The notes below the pieces were generated by a model. The model was not told the origin of the DNA. It searched no databases and saw nothing but the letters and a program-made list of their open reading frames with translations. The position numbers were made by a program, and so were the translations under genes. This document shows positions 38,446 through 51,242 of a stretch of DNA of 64,000 bases, piece by piece. Position 1 is the stretch's first letter. Each line of letters opens with the position of its first letter. The DNA comes from an uncultured Chloroflexia bacterium (GTDB lineage: Bacteria > Chloroflexota > Limnocylindria > QHBO01): the NCBI GenBank assembly GCA_963825525.1, contig CAWGTN010000002.1, positions 128,001-192,000 on the forward strand, in the 5' to 3' direction.

Positions 38446-41362
38446 ATGCCCGACCGCAGACCCCTCCTCATGCTCATCGACGGGCCGAGCCTCGTCTACC
38501 GCGGCTACTTCGCGCTGCCGCCGCTGACGATGTCCGACGGGACGCTGGTGAACGCCGTGTTCGGCTTCCTCCAGATCGTGCTGCGCGGCATGCAGGACGT
38601 GAAGCCGGACTTCGCGATCGTCAGCTTCGACGTCGGCAAGCCGCAGTTCCGCTTCGACGCGTATCCCGAGTACAAGGCGGGCCGGCCGAGCATGCCGGAC
38701 GACCTCCGCGGCGCAGTTCCCGATCGTGCGCGAGATCGCGGCGATGATGGGCATGCCGATCCGCGAGCTCGAGGGCTACGAGGCGGACGACGTGATCGGC
38801 ACGCTCGTCCAAGAAGGCGACCGCCGCAGGGCGTCGACACCATGATCGTCTCGGGCGACCTCGACGGGCTGCAGCTCGTGGACGACCACGTGCGCCTGCT
38901 CACCACCCGGATGGGCGTGGCGTCCACGGTCATCTACGACGAAGCGAAGGTCCACGAGCGATACGGCCTGCGCCCCGACCAGATGCTCGACTACAAGGCG
39001 CTCAAGGGCGACACCTCGGACAACATCCCCGGCGTCCCGGGGGTGGGGGAGAAGACCGCCATCAGCCTCCTCCAGCAGTTCGGGACGCTGGACGGCGATC
39101 TACGAGCGCCTCGACGAGGTGAAGGGCAAGATGCGCGACCGGCTGGCCGAGCATCGCGAGTCGGCCTTCATGTCGCGCCAGATCGGCCGCATCGTGACCG
39201 ACCTGCCGGTCGAGCTGGACCTCGAGGAGGCGAGGACCGGCCGATACGACCGCCGCGCGGTGGCCCAGCGCTTCCGCGAGCTCGAGTTCCGATCGCTGAT
39301 CGACCGTCTGCCGGCATCGAGCATCGCGCCGACCGGCTTCGACAACCCGGAGCCAGGAGACGCGCGGCGGGCTCCAGCTCAGCCTCGACCTGCTGGGCGG
39401 CCGCGGGCCGGCGGCTCCCACGGGCGCTGGGAACGCCGAGGCGACGCCCGATCGGCCGGATCCGCTCGCCGACCCGGGCGGGGCCATCGAGCACGTCGAT
39501 CCGCGCATCGCGCGGACGGCGGCGGACCTCGACGAGCTGGGCGCGTGGCTCGAGGCCCATGGCGACGAGATCGGCCTCGGCTGGGCGGTGGGAGCGGGCC
39601 GCCCGCTCGAGCGGAGGCTGTACGGCATCGCCCTGGCCGCCAACGACGCGAGTGCGCTGGTACGTGCCCTGCGATCCCGGCAGCATCGCCGTCGAGCGGC
39701 TGCCGGACTGGCTCACGCGGGATGGTCGCGATCCGCATCGGGCATGACCTGAAACAGCTCGTGACGACCCTGTGCGGCAGATCGACGGGCTGCGAGCTGC
39801 GCGGCACGTTCGTCGACACGCTCGTCGCGGGCTACATGGTCAACCCGGCGCTCCGCTCCCAGACCATCGAGGACCTGGCTGCCCAGCGCTTCGGCGCCGA
39901 GCTGCCTCCGCGAGCCGGTCAGCCCCGGAGACGGGCGCGGAGGAGCAGCGCGATGGCGCGCCGCGCCGCCGGCGAGGCGCTCGACGGCACTGCTCGCCCA
40001 CCCGATCCTCGCGCCGCGAGCTCGAGCGAGGGCGGCCTCGCTCGACCTGTTCGACGAGGTCGAGATGCCGCTGCTCCCGGTGCTGGCGCGGATGGAGCTC
40101 GCCGGGGTCGCGCTCGACCTCGAGACGCTGGCGGCGATGAGCGAAGAGTTCGGCGGCACCCTCGCCGGGCTGGAGTCGCGCATCTACGAGCTGGTGGGCC
40201 ACGAGTTCAACATCGGCTCGCCGAAGCAGCTCGAGACGATCCTCTTCGACGAGCTCGAGCTGCCCTCGACGAAGCGCACGCGGACCAGCCGGTCGACGGA
40301 CGCATCGGTGCTCGAGGAGCTGCGCGACAAGCACGAGGTCGTCCCGCTCATCCTCGAGCATCGCCAGGTCTCGAAGCTGAAGTCGACCTACGTCGATGCG
40401 CTGCCGACCCTGGTTGACGAGGAGGCGCGGCTCCACACGACCTACCAGCAGGCGGTGGCGGCGACCGGCCGCCTGTCGAGCACGGACCCCAACCTCCAGA
40501 ACATCCCGATCCGGACCGCGCTCGGCCGGCGCATCCGCCGCGCGTTCGTGGCGCCGCCGGGCAAGCTCCTGCTCGGCGCCGACTATTCGCAGCAGGAGCT
40601 GCGCATCCTGGCCCACGTGTCGCGGACGAGGGGCTGAAGGCGGACTTCGCCGCGCACGCCGACATCCACCTCGCCGCCGCCGCGCGGGTGCTCGGCCTGC
40701 AGCCGGATGCGGTGGGCCCCAAGGAGCGCAGCGTGGCGAAGATGATCAACTACGGGATCGCCTACGGCCTCTCCGACTTCGGGCTCGCCGAGCGGCTGAG
40801 CATCCCCCGCGAGGAGGCGCAGCGTCTTCATCGAGGATTACTTCGCCGCCTATCCCGGGATTCGCCGCTACACGATCGAGATGAAGATCCTGGCCCGCGA
40901 CCAGGGGTTCGTGACCACGCTGCTCGGTCGCCGGCGCTACCTGCCGGAGCTGGCGGCCCGGAACTCGGCGCTGCGCTCGGCCGGCGAGCGGATGGCGATC
41001 AACATGCCGATCCAGGGCACGGCGGCCGACGGCATGAAGATCGCCATGGTGCGCGTCGACGCGGCGCTCGCGCGAGCGCGGGCTCCGGTCGCGGATGCTG
41101 CTCCAGGTCCACGATGAGCTGGTGTTCGAGACGGACGAGGAGGAGCTGCCGATCCTGGCCGAGCTGGTCGAGGAGATCATGAAGGCCGCGCTGCCGCTGG
41201 ACGTCCCGCTCGAGGTCGACCTCAAGGTCGGGCAGAACTGGGAGGGCATGGACCGCTACCTGCGCTCCGATGACGGCTCGTGGCGGCGCGTGCCCGAAGT
41301 CCGCGGGCGACGTGGCCCGCGAGGAGGCCGAGGAGGAGGTCGCCGCGGAGCTGGTCTCCTAG
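38446..41362 (+). CDS. polA: DNA polymerase I (multiple apparent frameshifts)
   Basis: 5'-3' exonuclease GDTSDNIPGVPGVGEKTA; TGRLSSTDPNLQNIP; ADYSQQELR; QGTAAD; LQVHDEL. Confidence 0.95.
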
Positions 41363-41369
41363 GCGCGCC

Positions 41370-42286
41370 ATGCCCGAGCTCCCCGAGGTCGAGACCGTCG
41401 CCCGCGACCTCCAGGGCTGGATCGCGGGTGCCACGATCGTCGGCGCCGACGTGCGCTGGGACCGGACGATTCGGCATCCGCAGCCGCCCGAGCGGTTCGT
41501 GGCCGAGATCGTGGGCGCCACCATTCGTCGCGTGGGCCGACGCGCGAAGACCGTGCTCCTGCACCTGCTCGACGGCCGGGTGATGACGGTCGCGCTGCGG
41601 ATGACCGGGGCCCTCATCGTCGCGTCGCCCGGGCACGCCGACGACCCGTACGCGCGCGTGATCTTCCGGCTGGCCGATGGCCGCGAGCTGCGCTACCGCG
41701 ACGTGCGCAAGTTCGGTCGGATCGGGCTCTGGCCCGGGGGCGGGCTGCGCGGCATCGGGGCGTGGCGGCGGGGCTCGATCGCGTCGCGTGGCGGAAGGCA
41801 GCCGACAGTTCCGCATCGGCGAAGTGTTCAGCGGTCACGGTCCGGAGCCGCTCGCGCGGCAGTTCAGCGCCGCGCGGATGGCGGAGCGGCTGCGCGGGCG
41901 GTCCGCGAAGATGAAGACCCTGCTGCTCGACCAGAGCTTCATCGCCGGCGTGGGCAACATCTACGCCGACGAGGCGCTGTGGCGGGCGCGGATCCATCCG
42001 CTGCGGACGGCCGACACGCTGCACGCCATCGGAGATTCGGCGGCTGCATCGAACCGTTCGCCAGGTGCTTCGCGAAGGAATCGCGAACCGCGGCGCGAGC
42101 TTCAGCGACTACGTCGGAGCCGATGGCCAGCCGGGCGCGAACGCAGAACGGCTTGCGGTCTATCAACGCACCGATCAGCCGTGCCATCGCTGCGGCAGGC
42201 CCATCCGGCGCATCGTGGTCGGACAGCGCAGCACCCATTTCTGCCCTCGCTGCCAGCCGGAGCCGGTAGCATCGGACACCGCATGA
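41370..42286 (+). CDS. mutM: Formamidopyrimidine-DNA glycosylase (frameshifted)
   Basis: [22 protein letters not shown]...CPRCQ zinc finger. Confidence 0.95.
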
Positions 42287-42855
42287 AGGTCATCGGCCTC
42301 ACCGGGAACATCGGCTGCGGCAAGAGCACCGTGGCGCGCATGCTGCGCCAGAACGGCGTGGCAACCGTCGACGCGGACGTCATCGGCCGTGAGATTCGCC
42401 TCAACGACGCCGACGTCCGCGCCGAGATCCTCGATCGATTCGGGACCTACCAGGCCGACGCGCTGTCGCGCATCGTGTTCGCCGATCCGTCCGCCCTGCG
42501 TGACCTCGAGCGAATCCTGCACCCGCGAATCCGCGGCGAGGTGCGCAGCCGGCTGGCCGAGCTGGGGCAGGGCGGCGTCGACGTCGCCGCGGTCGAGGTG
42601 ATCAAGCTGATCGAGTCGCCCCTGGCCGATGCCTGCGACGAGATCTGGGTCGTGCGCTGTGACGAGGCGGACGCCATCCGTCGCCTGGCGGAGTCGCGGG
42701 GCATGGACGAGGAGACCGCGCGTCGCCGGATGGCGAGCCAGTCCTCGCAGGAGGAGAAGCTGGCCGTGGCGGACGTGGTGATCGACGGGTCAGCGACGCT
42801 CGAGGAGACGCGTCAGCAGGTCGAGACCGCGCTGGCCGCACTCCGGACCGGCTGA
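42283..42855 (+). CDS. coaE: Dephospho-CoA kinase
   Basis: [23 protein letters not shown]; conserved polA-mutM-coaE order. Confidence 0.95.
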   Translation: MKVIGLTGNIGCGKSTVARMLRQNGVATVDADVIGREIRLNDADVRAEILDRFGTYQADALSRIVFADPSALRDLERILHPRIRGEVRSRLAELGQGGVDVAAVEVIKLIESPLADACDEIWVVRCDEADAIRRLAESRGMDEETARRRMASQSSQEEKLAVADVVIDGSATLEETRQQVETALAALRTG

Positions 42856-42864
42856 GCGGGAGGC

Positions 42865-43689
42865 TCAGCGGCTGGCCGAGCTCTCCGTCGAGCTCCGGCA
42901 GGCAACGGGATCGGGAAGCCGAATTCCTCGATGAGGCGGTCGATGGTGGATCCATCCGTCTCGGCGGTCCGATCGTCCTCGTCGGCCCGCAGGGCCATGG
43001 TGAACTGTCCACCGGCCGCACTGAGCTCGGTGACCTTTTCGGCGGTGGCGAGGTCCGTGCGCAGGATGTAGACGGCGCCGTTCCGGGCGAGGACCGTCAT
43101 CCGCTGCAGCGTGACCTTGGTCGACGGGCCCGGCAGGAACTGCTGGGTGGTGTCGGCGGCATCCTCTGGGCTCTGGCCCAGCTCGGGATTGATGGCCATG
43201 GTGACGATGAGGTCGACGAGCTGGCCCGGCAGCAGCGTACCGCCGACGGCCCGCTCATCGGGGACGCTCACGGACACGGCGCGGAGGTCCGGCCCCGAGG
43301 GATCGAAGGACGCGCCGGGTTCGAGGATGCTGAACTCCTGCCCGGAGGTGGTGGACGCGAGGACGTTCCGCGTCACGAGCTGGCCGGTGGCAACGGGCAC
43401 GCCCGTCACGCGGCCGATGACCTCCTCGAGCGATCCGAATGCGGTCTCGTTCGTCGCGTCGACCGCCACGCGGCGGACGCTCACGTCGCCTTCCTCGATC
43501 GGCTTGCGGCTCGCGATCTCGCGCACCGCGACGACCACGTCGCGCATGGGCACCTCCGTCGTCTCCGGTGAGGCCGCTGGCCTGGAGCGCGATGAAGACG
43601 GTCGCCGCCACGAGCAGCGCGACGATGACCCCGACGGCGATGTACACCTTCGAGCGGCGCGTGTTGCGATCCGAGTATTCGAGTTCCAC
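42865..43689 (-). CDS. cpaB: Flp pilus assembly protein CpaB/RcpC (frameshifted)
   Basis: TM helix, SAF domain VVVAVREI, RAVSV..AVGG.L.PG..VD. Confidence 0.85.
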
Positions 43690-43723
43690 GGGTGGATGCT
43701 CTCCTAGAACGATGGGGTGGTCA

Positions 43724-45658
43724 CTAGGACCAAGGGACCAGCCGGGGCCGCTGGGCACGGCGCAGTGCGAGGTCGTTCGGGTCGCCGTAGACGCCGGTGA
43801 CGGCCTTGCCGGCGATGGTGTTGCGCGTCGACGGCGGTGACCTGGAAGACCGCCGAAGCCGATGATGTCGACGTACTGGCCGCCCGCCTCGGTGGTGGCC
43901 ACCGTGAAGGTCATCGGCTGCAGATGCGTCACCGGCTGCCCGTCGCCATTGGTGCCGGTGGCGCGAACGTTGAAGCGGTAGCAACCCGGCTGCGAGCCCG
44001 GCGGTGTTCACGGAGACGGTCGACAGCGCTCCGCTGCCACTCGAGGTTGGCGTCACGCTCGAGGCCGAGAACGTGATCTGGTTTGCGGGGAGCGACGCCG
44101 ACGTCGAGGTTGCAGTGCTGAACGAAGCGGGGTCCCACGACAGGCTGACCGCGCTGCCGGTGGCTCCCCATCTCGTGGCGCTGGCACTTGTCGTGGAGAC
44201 GTATGCCTGCAGGCTGACGATGCCGCCGTATGTGGCCGTGGTCCCGCTGGTCGTGGAGTTCGCCAGGCTGAAGTCGCGGACCGCGCCACCGATGCGAACG
44301 GCGAGCGGAGCGCGACGAGTCTGGAAGTACGGATTCCCCGAATGGCCCTCGAGCCACACCGTGTAGATCCCCGCCGGAACCGACGTCGTCCGCAGGTTGG
44401 AGGTGGCGACGCTCGTGCCGTTCTTGTTCGGAATGAACACATTCGGGGTGAAGGTCGGCTCGTTCATCTTGCCGGCGGGCGGGGGAGTGACCGGCGGATC
44501 GGGCACGAGGTTGTAGGTCGGAAAGCCTGCCGCGGCGGCATCGGTATCGCCGTGCAGGTGGAGCGTGACCGTGCTGTTGAAGGCCGCATTGCGCGACACC
44601 GTGAAGGATGGCCCGGCGGCACCGGCAGCATTCGTCGAGGGCAGGGTGACGTACGGCGGCGGCGTGATCGTGAAGTCGGGGATCTCCATGACGGTGCCGT
44701 TGTAGACGGCGAGCAGGATGCGGTCGCCCACGGCATACGCGTCGTCGAAGTTGCCGACCACCATGGATGTGTCGTTCCCGGACATCACGCCGACCTGGGT
44801 GTCTCCCGTGGCCGGGACGCTCACCGGCGGAAAGCCGGGGCCGGGGTAGCCGGCGAGGATGTACGCGCCCTGCATGTTCTTCAGCGTGTTCACGTTCGTG
44901 CCCGGCGTGACCCCGTTGTAGTAGACCCGAGACCCGGTGGATTCGAAGTTGCGGACGTCAAGCGCGATGAAGCCACGGAAGCTCGAGTCGTTGTTCGCCT
45001 TGGCGCCAGGGCCGTAGAGGTCGAAGATCGGGCCCGGGGCGCCCTCGCTGGCCGGAACGCGCCCGCCATAGCCCAGGGGATCGAGGTTGTCGACGCTCCC
45101 GCTGCCACTCGTGGCGGCCGTGGCCATGAAGTCGGTGAAGCCGCCGCCCGGCCCGGGCGGGTTGGTATATCGACGGGCGACGATCGGGACGGCGGGGGAA
45201 CCCTGGAGGCTGCACCGAGCGCGCCCCCCGGTGTCCAGCGAGCCGATGCCCACGACCCGCGCGAGTACGGTGTCGACAACCGATGAGATCGCCAGCCGCA
45301 CCGTCGAGCCGGCGACGATGACGCCGCTGCGCAGGAACGCCGGATCGCCGGCATGGCCGTCCTGGTAGACGCGGGCGTCGTCGGGGGCGATGGTTGCGGC
45401 GGCCCCGGCCGGTGATCCCTCCAGGTTCACGAGTGCCACGTCACGAGCCGCCTGCGCGGCGGCATTGTCAGACGCCCCGTTCACGAGCTCGCGGCAGGCC
45501 GCAAGGGCTCCGGCGTCGGCCGCGTTCTGCACGTGCCGGCGCTCGGCCACCTGGCGGCCGATGTCGATGGCGATCCCGGCGACCGCCAGCAGCACGACGA
45601 GCCCGAGCGCCACGATGACGAGGACCTGGCCTCGTCCGCCGCTCGTGGGCGAGCTCAA
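43724..45658 (-). CDS. TadG-like pilus-associated protein with long Ser/Thr-rich extracellular region
   Basis: RGQVLVIVAL...IDIG...QNAADAGALA. Confidence 0.8.
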   Translation of the reverse strand: MSSPTSGGRGQVLVIVALGLVVLLAVAGIAIDIGRQVAERRHVQNAADAGALAACRELVNGASDNAAAQAARDVALVNLEGSPAGAAATIAPDDARVYQDGHAGDPAFLRSGVIVAGSTVRLAISSVVDTVLARVVGIGSLDTGGRARCSLQGSPAVPIVARRYTNPPGPGGGFTDFMATAATSGSGSVDNLDPLGYGGRVPASEGAPGPIFDLYGPGAKANNDSSFRGFIALDVRNFESTGSRVYYNGVTPGTNVNTLKNMQGAYILAGYPGPGFPPVSVPATGDTQVGVMSGNDTSMVVGNFDDAYAVGDRILLAVYNGTVMEIPDFTITPPPYVTLPSTNAAGAAGPSFTVSRNAAFNSTVTLHLHGDTDAAAAGFPTYNLVPDPPVTPPPAGKMNEPTFTPNVFIPNKNGTSVATSNLRTTSVPAGIYTVWLEGHSGNPYFQTRRAPLAVRIGGAVRDFSLANSTTSGTTATYGGIVSLQAYVSTTSASATRWGATGSAVSLSWDPASFSTATSTSASLPANQITFSASSVTPTSSGSGALSTVSVNTAGLAAGLLPLQRSRHRHQWRRAAGDASAADDLHGGHHRGGRPVRRHHRLRRSSRSPPSTRNTIAGKAVTGVYGDPNDLALRRAQRPRLVPWS

Positions 45659-46257
45659 TTCATCACCATCGTGGCTTCCGCACTGAGCGGAAACAGTCCG
45701 TTCCCGTCCCCGTCGAGAAGCGCGTCGAGGAGGGGCACCACGATCACCTGGTTGTAGGTGATGCGGACGCGAACCAGGCATCCCTCACCGCTGTCGAGGG
45801 TGCAATACGTGGCGGCGTTCGCCGTGTTCGGGCACGGTGCGCCCGGTGCAGCCCCGGCTGCGCAGAACGATACCTCGATGTCGCCGTTCTGCCACAGGTC
45901 GTGCTTGCCGTCGCCGTTGAGATCCACGCCGCCGGGACACGGCGAGCTTGCCGAGAAGTTGGGGCTCGAGGAACCGAGGAATCCGAACGCCTGCGTTGCC
46001 GCGCCGAGGGCCGCGGTGCAGCGATCCACCCCGTGGGCAGCATTGCTCTGCGTGGTGTCGTATCGGTAGATGGTCGCCTCGCGCGCGCCTTCGCGAGCCG
46101 CATTGGTCAACGACACGTTGGCGCCCAGCAGGAGTCCGAACTGGACGATGCCGACGATGATGAACAGCAGCGGCAGCAGGACGGCCGCGAACTCGACCAT
46201 CGCCTGGCCGCGCTCGCGGTGGCGTGATCGACCGTGCTGCAGTTGCGTGGTGGGCAC
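45655..46257 (-). CDS. TadE family pseudopilin
   Basis: RGQAMVEFAAVLLPL...AAREGAR. Confidence 0.88.
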   Translation of the reverse strand: MPTTQLQHGRSRHRERGQAMVEFAAVLLPLLFIIVGIVQFGLLLGANVSLTNAAREGAREATIYRYDTTQSNAAHGVDRCTAALGAATQAFGFLGSSSPNFSASSPCPGGVDLNGDGKHDLWQNGDIEVSFCAAGAAPGAPCPNTANAATYCTLDSGEGCLVRVRITYNQVIVVPLLDALLDGDGNGLFPLSAEATMVMN

Positions 46258-46399
46258 TCTCACGGCTGGGTCGAGGCTCGTTGACGGGACTGGTTGGCAG
46301 GGCAGCCACGCCGATCCTATGAAGCATCCGTCCCGGCCGATATAGGCCGATGGGGGCCGCCACATGGGACCCATGGAGGACCGCTAGAATCGGTCACCC

Positions 46400-48547
46400 A
46401 TGCCCGACCTCAAGGTCCACGCCCCGTACGAGCCGACCGGTGATCAGCCCGCGGCGATCGCCGCGCTGGTCGATGGCGTCGAAGCGGGGCTCAAGCACCA
46501 GGTCCTCCTCGGGGCCACGGGAACGGGCAAGACGTTCACCGCCGCCAAGCTCATCGAGGCCGTCCAGAAGCCGACGCTGGTCATGGCGCACAACAAGACG
46601 CTCGCCGCGCAGCTCTACCAGGAGTTCAAGGAGTTCTTCCCGGACAACGCGGTCGAGTACTTCGTGAGCTACTACGACTACTTCCAGCCCGAGGCCTACC
46701 TGCCGCGGACCGATACGTACATCGAGAAGGACTCTTCACGAAACGACGAGATCGACCGTCTGCGGCACAACGCCACGCGGGCGCTGTTCGAGCGGCGCGA
46801 CGTGATCATCGTGGCGTCGGTGTCCGCGATCTACGGGCTCGGCGCGCCCGTCGACTACGGCGCGACGGTCATCGGCCTCAAGGTCGGTGGGTCGTATCGG
46901 CGTGATGGGATTCTCCGGCACCTCGTGGACCTCCAGTACCAGCGCAACGACACCGCGCTCGGACGCGCGCAAGTTCCGCGTCCGCGGCGACGTGCTCGAG
47001 GTCCAGCCGCCGCACGGCGAGTACGTCGTGCGGGTCGACTTCTTCGGCGACCAGGTCGAGCGCATCGTGGAGATCGACGACCTCACCGGCGAGGTGCTCG
47101 CGGAGCGGAGCGAGGTCAACCTGTATCCGGCCTCGCACTACGTCACGCCGCGCGACAAGCTGATGGCGGCGGTCGAGAAGATCGATTCAGAGATGGAGGA
47201 GCGAGTCCGCTGGCTGGCGGACCAGGGGCGGGAGCTGGAGGCCGCGCGGCTCCGACAGCGGACCCTGTTCGACCTCGAGATGATGCGGGAGGTGGGCTAC
47301 TGCTCGGGAATCGAGAACTACTCGCGCCATCTCGCCGGGAGGGAGGAGGGGAGCCGGCCGTGGACGCTCATCGACTACTTCCCGACCGACTTCCTGCTCA
47401 TCATGGACGAGAGCCACATCTCGATCCCGCAGGTCCACGGCATGTACAAGAACGACCGGACCCGCAAGGAGATCCTCGTCGACTTCGGCTTCCGGCTGCC
47501 GTCGGCACTCGACAACCGGCCACTGACCTTCGAGGAGTTCGAGGATCATTTCAGCCAGGTCGTCTACATGTCGGCGACGCCCGGCCCGTACGAGACGGAG
47601 CGTGCCGAACGCGTGGCCGAGCAGCTCATCCGGCCGACCGGGGTCGTTGACCCGACCATCACGGTCCGTCCCACGACCGGCCAGATCGACGACCTGCTGG
47701 CCGAGATCCGCGCGACCGTGGAGCGCGGCGAGCGGGCACTCGTGACCACCCTCACCAAGAAGATGGCCGAGGACCTGGCGGACTACCTGGCCGAGCTGGG
47801 GATCAAGGTCCAGTGGCTGCACTCGGAGGTGGACACGCTCGAGCGCATCGAGATCCTGCGCGACCTGCGGCTCGGGGTCTACGACGTCCTGGTGGGCATC
47901 AACCTGCTGCGCGAGGGCCTCGACCTGCCCGAGGTGACGCTGGTCGCGATCCTCGACGCCGACAAGGAGGGATTCCTGCGGTCGGGTGGCTCGCTCATCC
48001 AGGTCATCGGGCGCGCCGCGCGGAACATCGGCGGCCGGGTGATCATGTATGCCGACCGCATCACGGACTCGATGCGTGCGGCGATGGACGAGACGGAACG
48101 CCGCCGCGAAACGCAGGTCGCCTACAACACCGCGCACGGAATCACGCCGGAGACGATCATCAAGGAGATCCGCAGCATCCACGAGAGCCTGCGGCGCGTG
48201 GCCGAGGAACGGGCCGAGCTGCAGGTGGCCGGCAAGGAGCCGGAGGAGCTCGCGGCGATGACCGGTCGACTCGAGGCGCAGATGAAGGAAGCGGCGCGCA
48301 ACCTCGAGTTCGAGCGCGCCGCGGCACTGCGCGACGAGATCCTCCAGCTGCGGCGGCTGCGCGAGGAGCTCGCCGCGGCGCCGGGCAGCATCCCGGCCGA
48401 GGTCTACGCTCGGCCGCCGAGGGCGACGAGGAGGCACGCAACGGGCGAGGCGCCCGCGAGCCCTCGCAGGTGTTCAGCGTCCAGACCCGGCCGAACGTCA
48501 TTGCGGCAGGCAGCCGGCGCCGACCGCCGCGCCGACGCCGTCCATGA
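46400..48547 (+). CDS. uvrB: Excinuclease ABC subunit B (frameshifts ~46965 and near the 3' end)
   Basis: [39 protein letters not shown]. Confidence 0.96.
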
Positions 48548-48563
48548 TGCCGGTGCGAGCCTG

Positions 48564-49175
48564 ATGGCCGGAACGATGCCGCATGCCATCTTCGTGGAGA
48601 CCGACGTCGATGGGCAGGGACTGGTGGCTGCCTACGCGGCCGAGCTGCCGGGCTGCGCCGTCTTCGCGGACGGTGCCGATGCGGCCGCCGCCGCCATGCC
48701 ACGTCGCGTGAGCCGATTCACGGCCTGGCTGCGCGACAACGGTGAGGCGCAGCCCGACTTCGTCGGCGACAACTGGTACGAGGTCGAACGTGCCAGTGCC
48801 ACTGACGGGGGAAGCAGCCGCGCGTCGTTCACCCTCGACGAGCTGCCGCCGAGCGCCGACGAGTTCGCCGCCTGGATGCGCTGGCTCGAGCTGTCACGCG
48901 AGGAGCTGGCCGATGCCCTCGACGGCGGGCAACTCACGGACGTCGCGGACCTGCTGGCCCGCATCGAGCGCCAGGATGTCGCGTTCGTCCGGGATCTCGG
49001 CGGCGCCGCACCGGAGCTGTCGACCGATCCGATCGACAACCTGTACGCGGCACGCGACGCGCTGACCGATGCGCTGGCGGCGGCCGGGCCGTACCAGGAC
49101 GGCGTTCGCCGGATGCTCCGACTCGCGATCGCGGACGACCTCCGGGCAGCCGAGGCCCTCAGACCATCGACGTGA
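48564..49175 (+). CDS. Hypothetical protein with HicB-like N-terminus
   Basis: [12 protein letters not shown] motif followed by a helical region. Confidence 0.55.
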   Translation: MAGTMPHAIFVETDVDGQGLVAAYAAELPGCAVFADGADAAAAAMPRRVSRFTAWLRDNGEAQPDFVGDNWYEVERASATDGGSSRASFTLDELPPSADEFAAWMRWLELSREELADALDGGQLTDVADLLARIERQDVAFVRDLGGAAPELSTDPIDNLYAARDALTDALAAAGPYQDGVRRMLRLAIADDLRAAEALRPST

Positions 49176-49840
49176 TGGACCTGGCGACCGCGGCGCCGAA
49201 GCGCCTTCGTCATGCCGGCGAGTGGCCGATCCCGACGCCCCGGCGAGCGCCACAAGGGACGCCGCTGCGCACCCTCCAGGACTCCATGCCGCACTGCGCG
49301 ACCGGTGTCCCACCGGTCCTGTCCGGCGACGGGAGCGAACGCGCGATGCTCATCGGCCAGGCGCCGGGGTGGCGCGAGATCGAGACCGGCCTGCCATTTG
49401 CCTGGGACGCGGGGAAGCGGCTCTGTGGCTGGCTCTCGATCGCCGGGATCGACGTGGCGGCCTTCCGAGAGCGCTGGTACGTCACCAGCATCGGCAAGTG
49501 CTATCCGGGCCGCGCCCCGGGCTCGTCGGTCGATCGGCCACCGAGCCGGGCGGACATCGAGCGCTGGACGCCGTATCTGCGCCGCGAGATCGAGCTCGTT
49601 GCGCCGCGGCTCGTCCTTCTCGTCGGCGGCCTTGCGCATCGCTTCGCCTTCGGTCGAGCCGCGAAGCTCGATCAGCTGGTGGGGCGCGAGCTCGCGTGGG
49701 ACGGCGCGCCCGGCGCAGCGGTCCTGTGCCTGCCTCACCCTTCCGGGGCGTCGACCTGGCTCAACGACGCGTCCCACGTGGAGCTGTGGCGCCAGGCCAC
49801 CGGGCTCCTTCGCGACCGATGGAGCGAGATCGACCGATGA
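49172..49840 (+). CDS. Uracil-DNA glycosylase superfamily protein
   Basis: IGQAPG, KCYPG, LPHPSG. Confidence 0.88.
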   Translation: MMDLATAAPKRLRHAGEWPIPTPRRAPQGTPLRTLQDSMPHCATGVPPVLSGDGSERAMLIGQAPGWREIETGLPFAWDAGKRLCGWLSIAGIDVAAFRERWYVTSIGKCYPGRAPGSSVDRPPSRADIERWTPYLRREIELVAPRLVLLVGGLAHRFAFGRAAKLDQLVGRELAWDGAPGAAVLCLPHPSGASTWLNDASHVELWRQATGLLRDRWSEIDR

Positions 49841-50365
49841 CTCGCGAGGTTCGCATCGGCATGGCGGTGGTGGCGGGGCTCGGCGCTTTCGTCTTCTTCC
49901 TGCTGGTGGTCGGCTCTTCCGGCGGTACGCGGCCCGACGTCAATCCGCGTTCGGTCGAGGAGGCCCTCGCGGGCGGCGATCCGGTCGGGACGTGGGGGAG
50001 CGACGAGCTCTCACATCAGTGGCTGGTACGCGGAGCTCGACGGGGACTGCGTCGGGGACGATGGCGGAGCCGATGCGTCGGTCGCCTGGCTGCAGCGCGA
50101 GTGCCCCCTTCGCGTGCTGCTGCCGGCCCAACCGGCCGAGGATGTCACGCAGGCCGAGCTGCTCCGCACGGGGTTGCGGCTTGCCGCGCCGCAGGGCCGC
50201 GCGTTTCCGTCACGTGCCGAGCCGGGCGGCCCGAACCTTCGTGGCCAGGAGCTGGTGTTCGTCGGCCACTTCGACGACCGGGCGGCCGCGGCGTGCATCC
50301 CGGAACGCGCGGAGCAGTGCCGCGAGACCCTGGTCGTGAGCGACTACGACGAGCTGGTGCGCTGA
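49837..50365 (+). CDS. Hypothetical membrane-anchored protein (frameshifted)
   Basis: N-terminal TM; GHFDD.AAAAC..C C-terminus in a second frame. Confidence 0.6.
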
Positions 50366-50369
50366 GCCG

Positions 50370-51242
50370 TCAGCTGCCGGTGGTCATGTCGAGCAGGCCT
50401 GCCTGGCGGGCGCGGCGCATGAACCAGGCGAATGCCGCCAGCGCGAGGGGGATGACGATGGCCGTCGAGACCACGAGAAGCAGCATCACCACGCCATCCG
50501 ACAGCTCGCCGATGGCGCCGGGCGATCCATGGCCCAGGAGGCCGCGTCGCGATGCCTCGAGCCACCAGGTCGTGGGTGACGCGTAGGCGATGGGATGCAC
50601 GAAGGACGGCAGCACGTCGATCGGGAAGATCGCGCCCGAGATCAGGTAGAGCGCCCCGGCGATCGCCTCCGGGTAGGACCACGCCTCCTGCCGCAGCTGG
50701 AGGCACCAGCCCGCCATGAACACGCCGAGCGCCATGACCGCCACCACGCCGAGCACGGTGGCCGGGATGAGGTAGAGAAGATTCGGTCGCAGCTCGACCC
50801 CCAGCAGGACGATCCCGACCGCCAGGGTCAGCACCACCGCCACGAATGACACGATCACGCGCGCCAGCGATCGGCCGAGCAGGAACGGGAAGAGCGAGGT
50901 CGGCGTGACGACGACGTACTTCATCATCCGGTAGCGCTCGCGGTCCTCGAGAATCGATTGGACCAGGCCACCCATCACGCCGAAGACGACGTTCCACAGC
51001 GCGCTGCCCACGATGAGGAACTGGAGGAACTCGCCTCCCTGGCCCTGGGTGATGACGTTGAACATCACGACCAGGATCATCGCGGCGGCGAGCGGCTTGG
51101 CCATGGTGTAGATGGCGAAGAGCGTGGGGTCCGACCAGTTCGACTCGATCGCCCAGCCGAGGCCGATGGCGGTGCGGAAGCTTCGCCACGCGTCAGGCAG
51201 CGTGATCCCGTCGACGTGGGTCGGTCGCTCGATCACTGCCAC
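50370..51242 (-). CDS. ABC-2 type transporter permease
   Basis: Six-TM pattern; SGAIFPIDVLP. Confidence 0.88.
   Translation of the reverse strand: MAVIERPTHVDGITLPDAWRSFRTAIGLGWAIESNWSDPTLFAIYTMAKPLAAAMILVVMFNVITQGQGGEFLQFLIVGSALWNVVFGVMGGLVQSILEDRERYRMMKYVVVTPTSLFPFLLGRSLARVIVSFVAVVLTLAVGIVLLGVELRPNLLYLIPATVLGVVAVMALGVFMAGWCLQLRQEAWSYPEAIAGALYLISGAIFPIDVLPSFVHPIAYASPTTWWLEASRRGLLGHGSPGAIGELSDGVVMLLLVVSTAIVIPLALAAFAWFMRRARQAGLLDMTTGS

Noticed and set aside
46887-49175. UvrB fused to a C-terminal extra domain
   Set aside because: More likely a frameshift near 48420-48440; an alternative frame ends at 48547 and the next gene has its own ATG.
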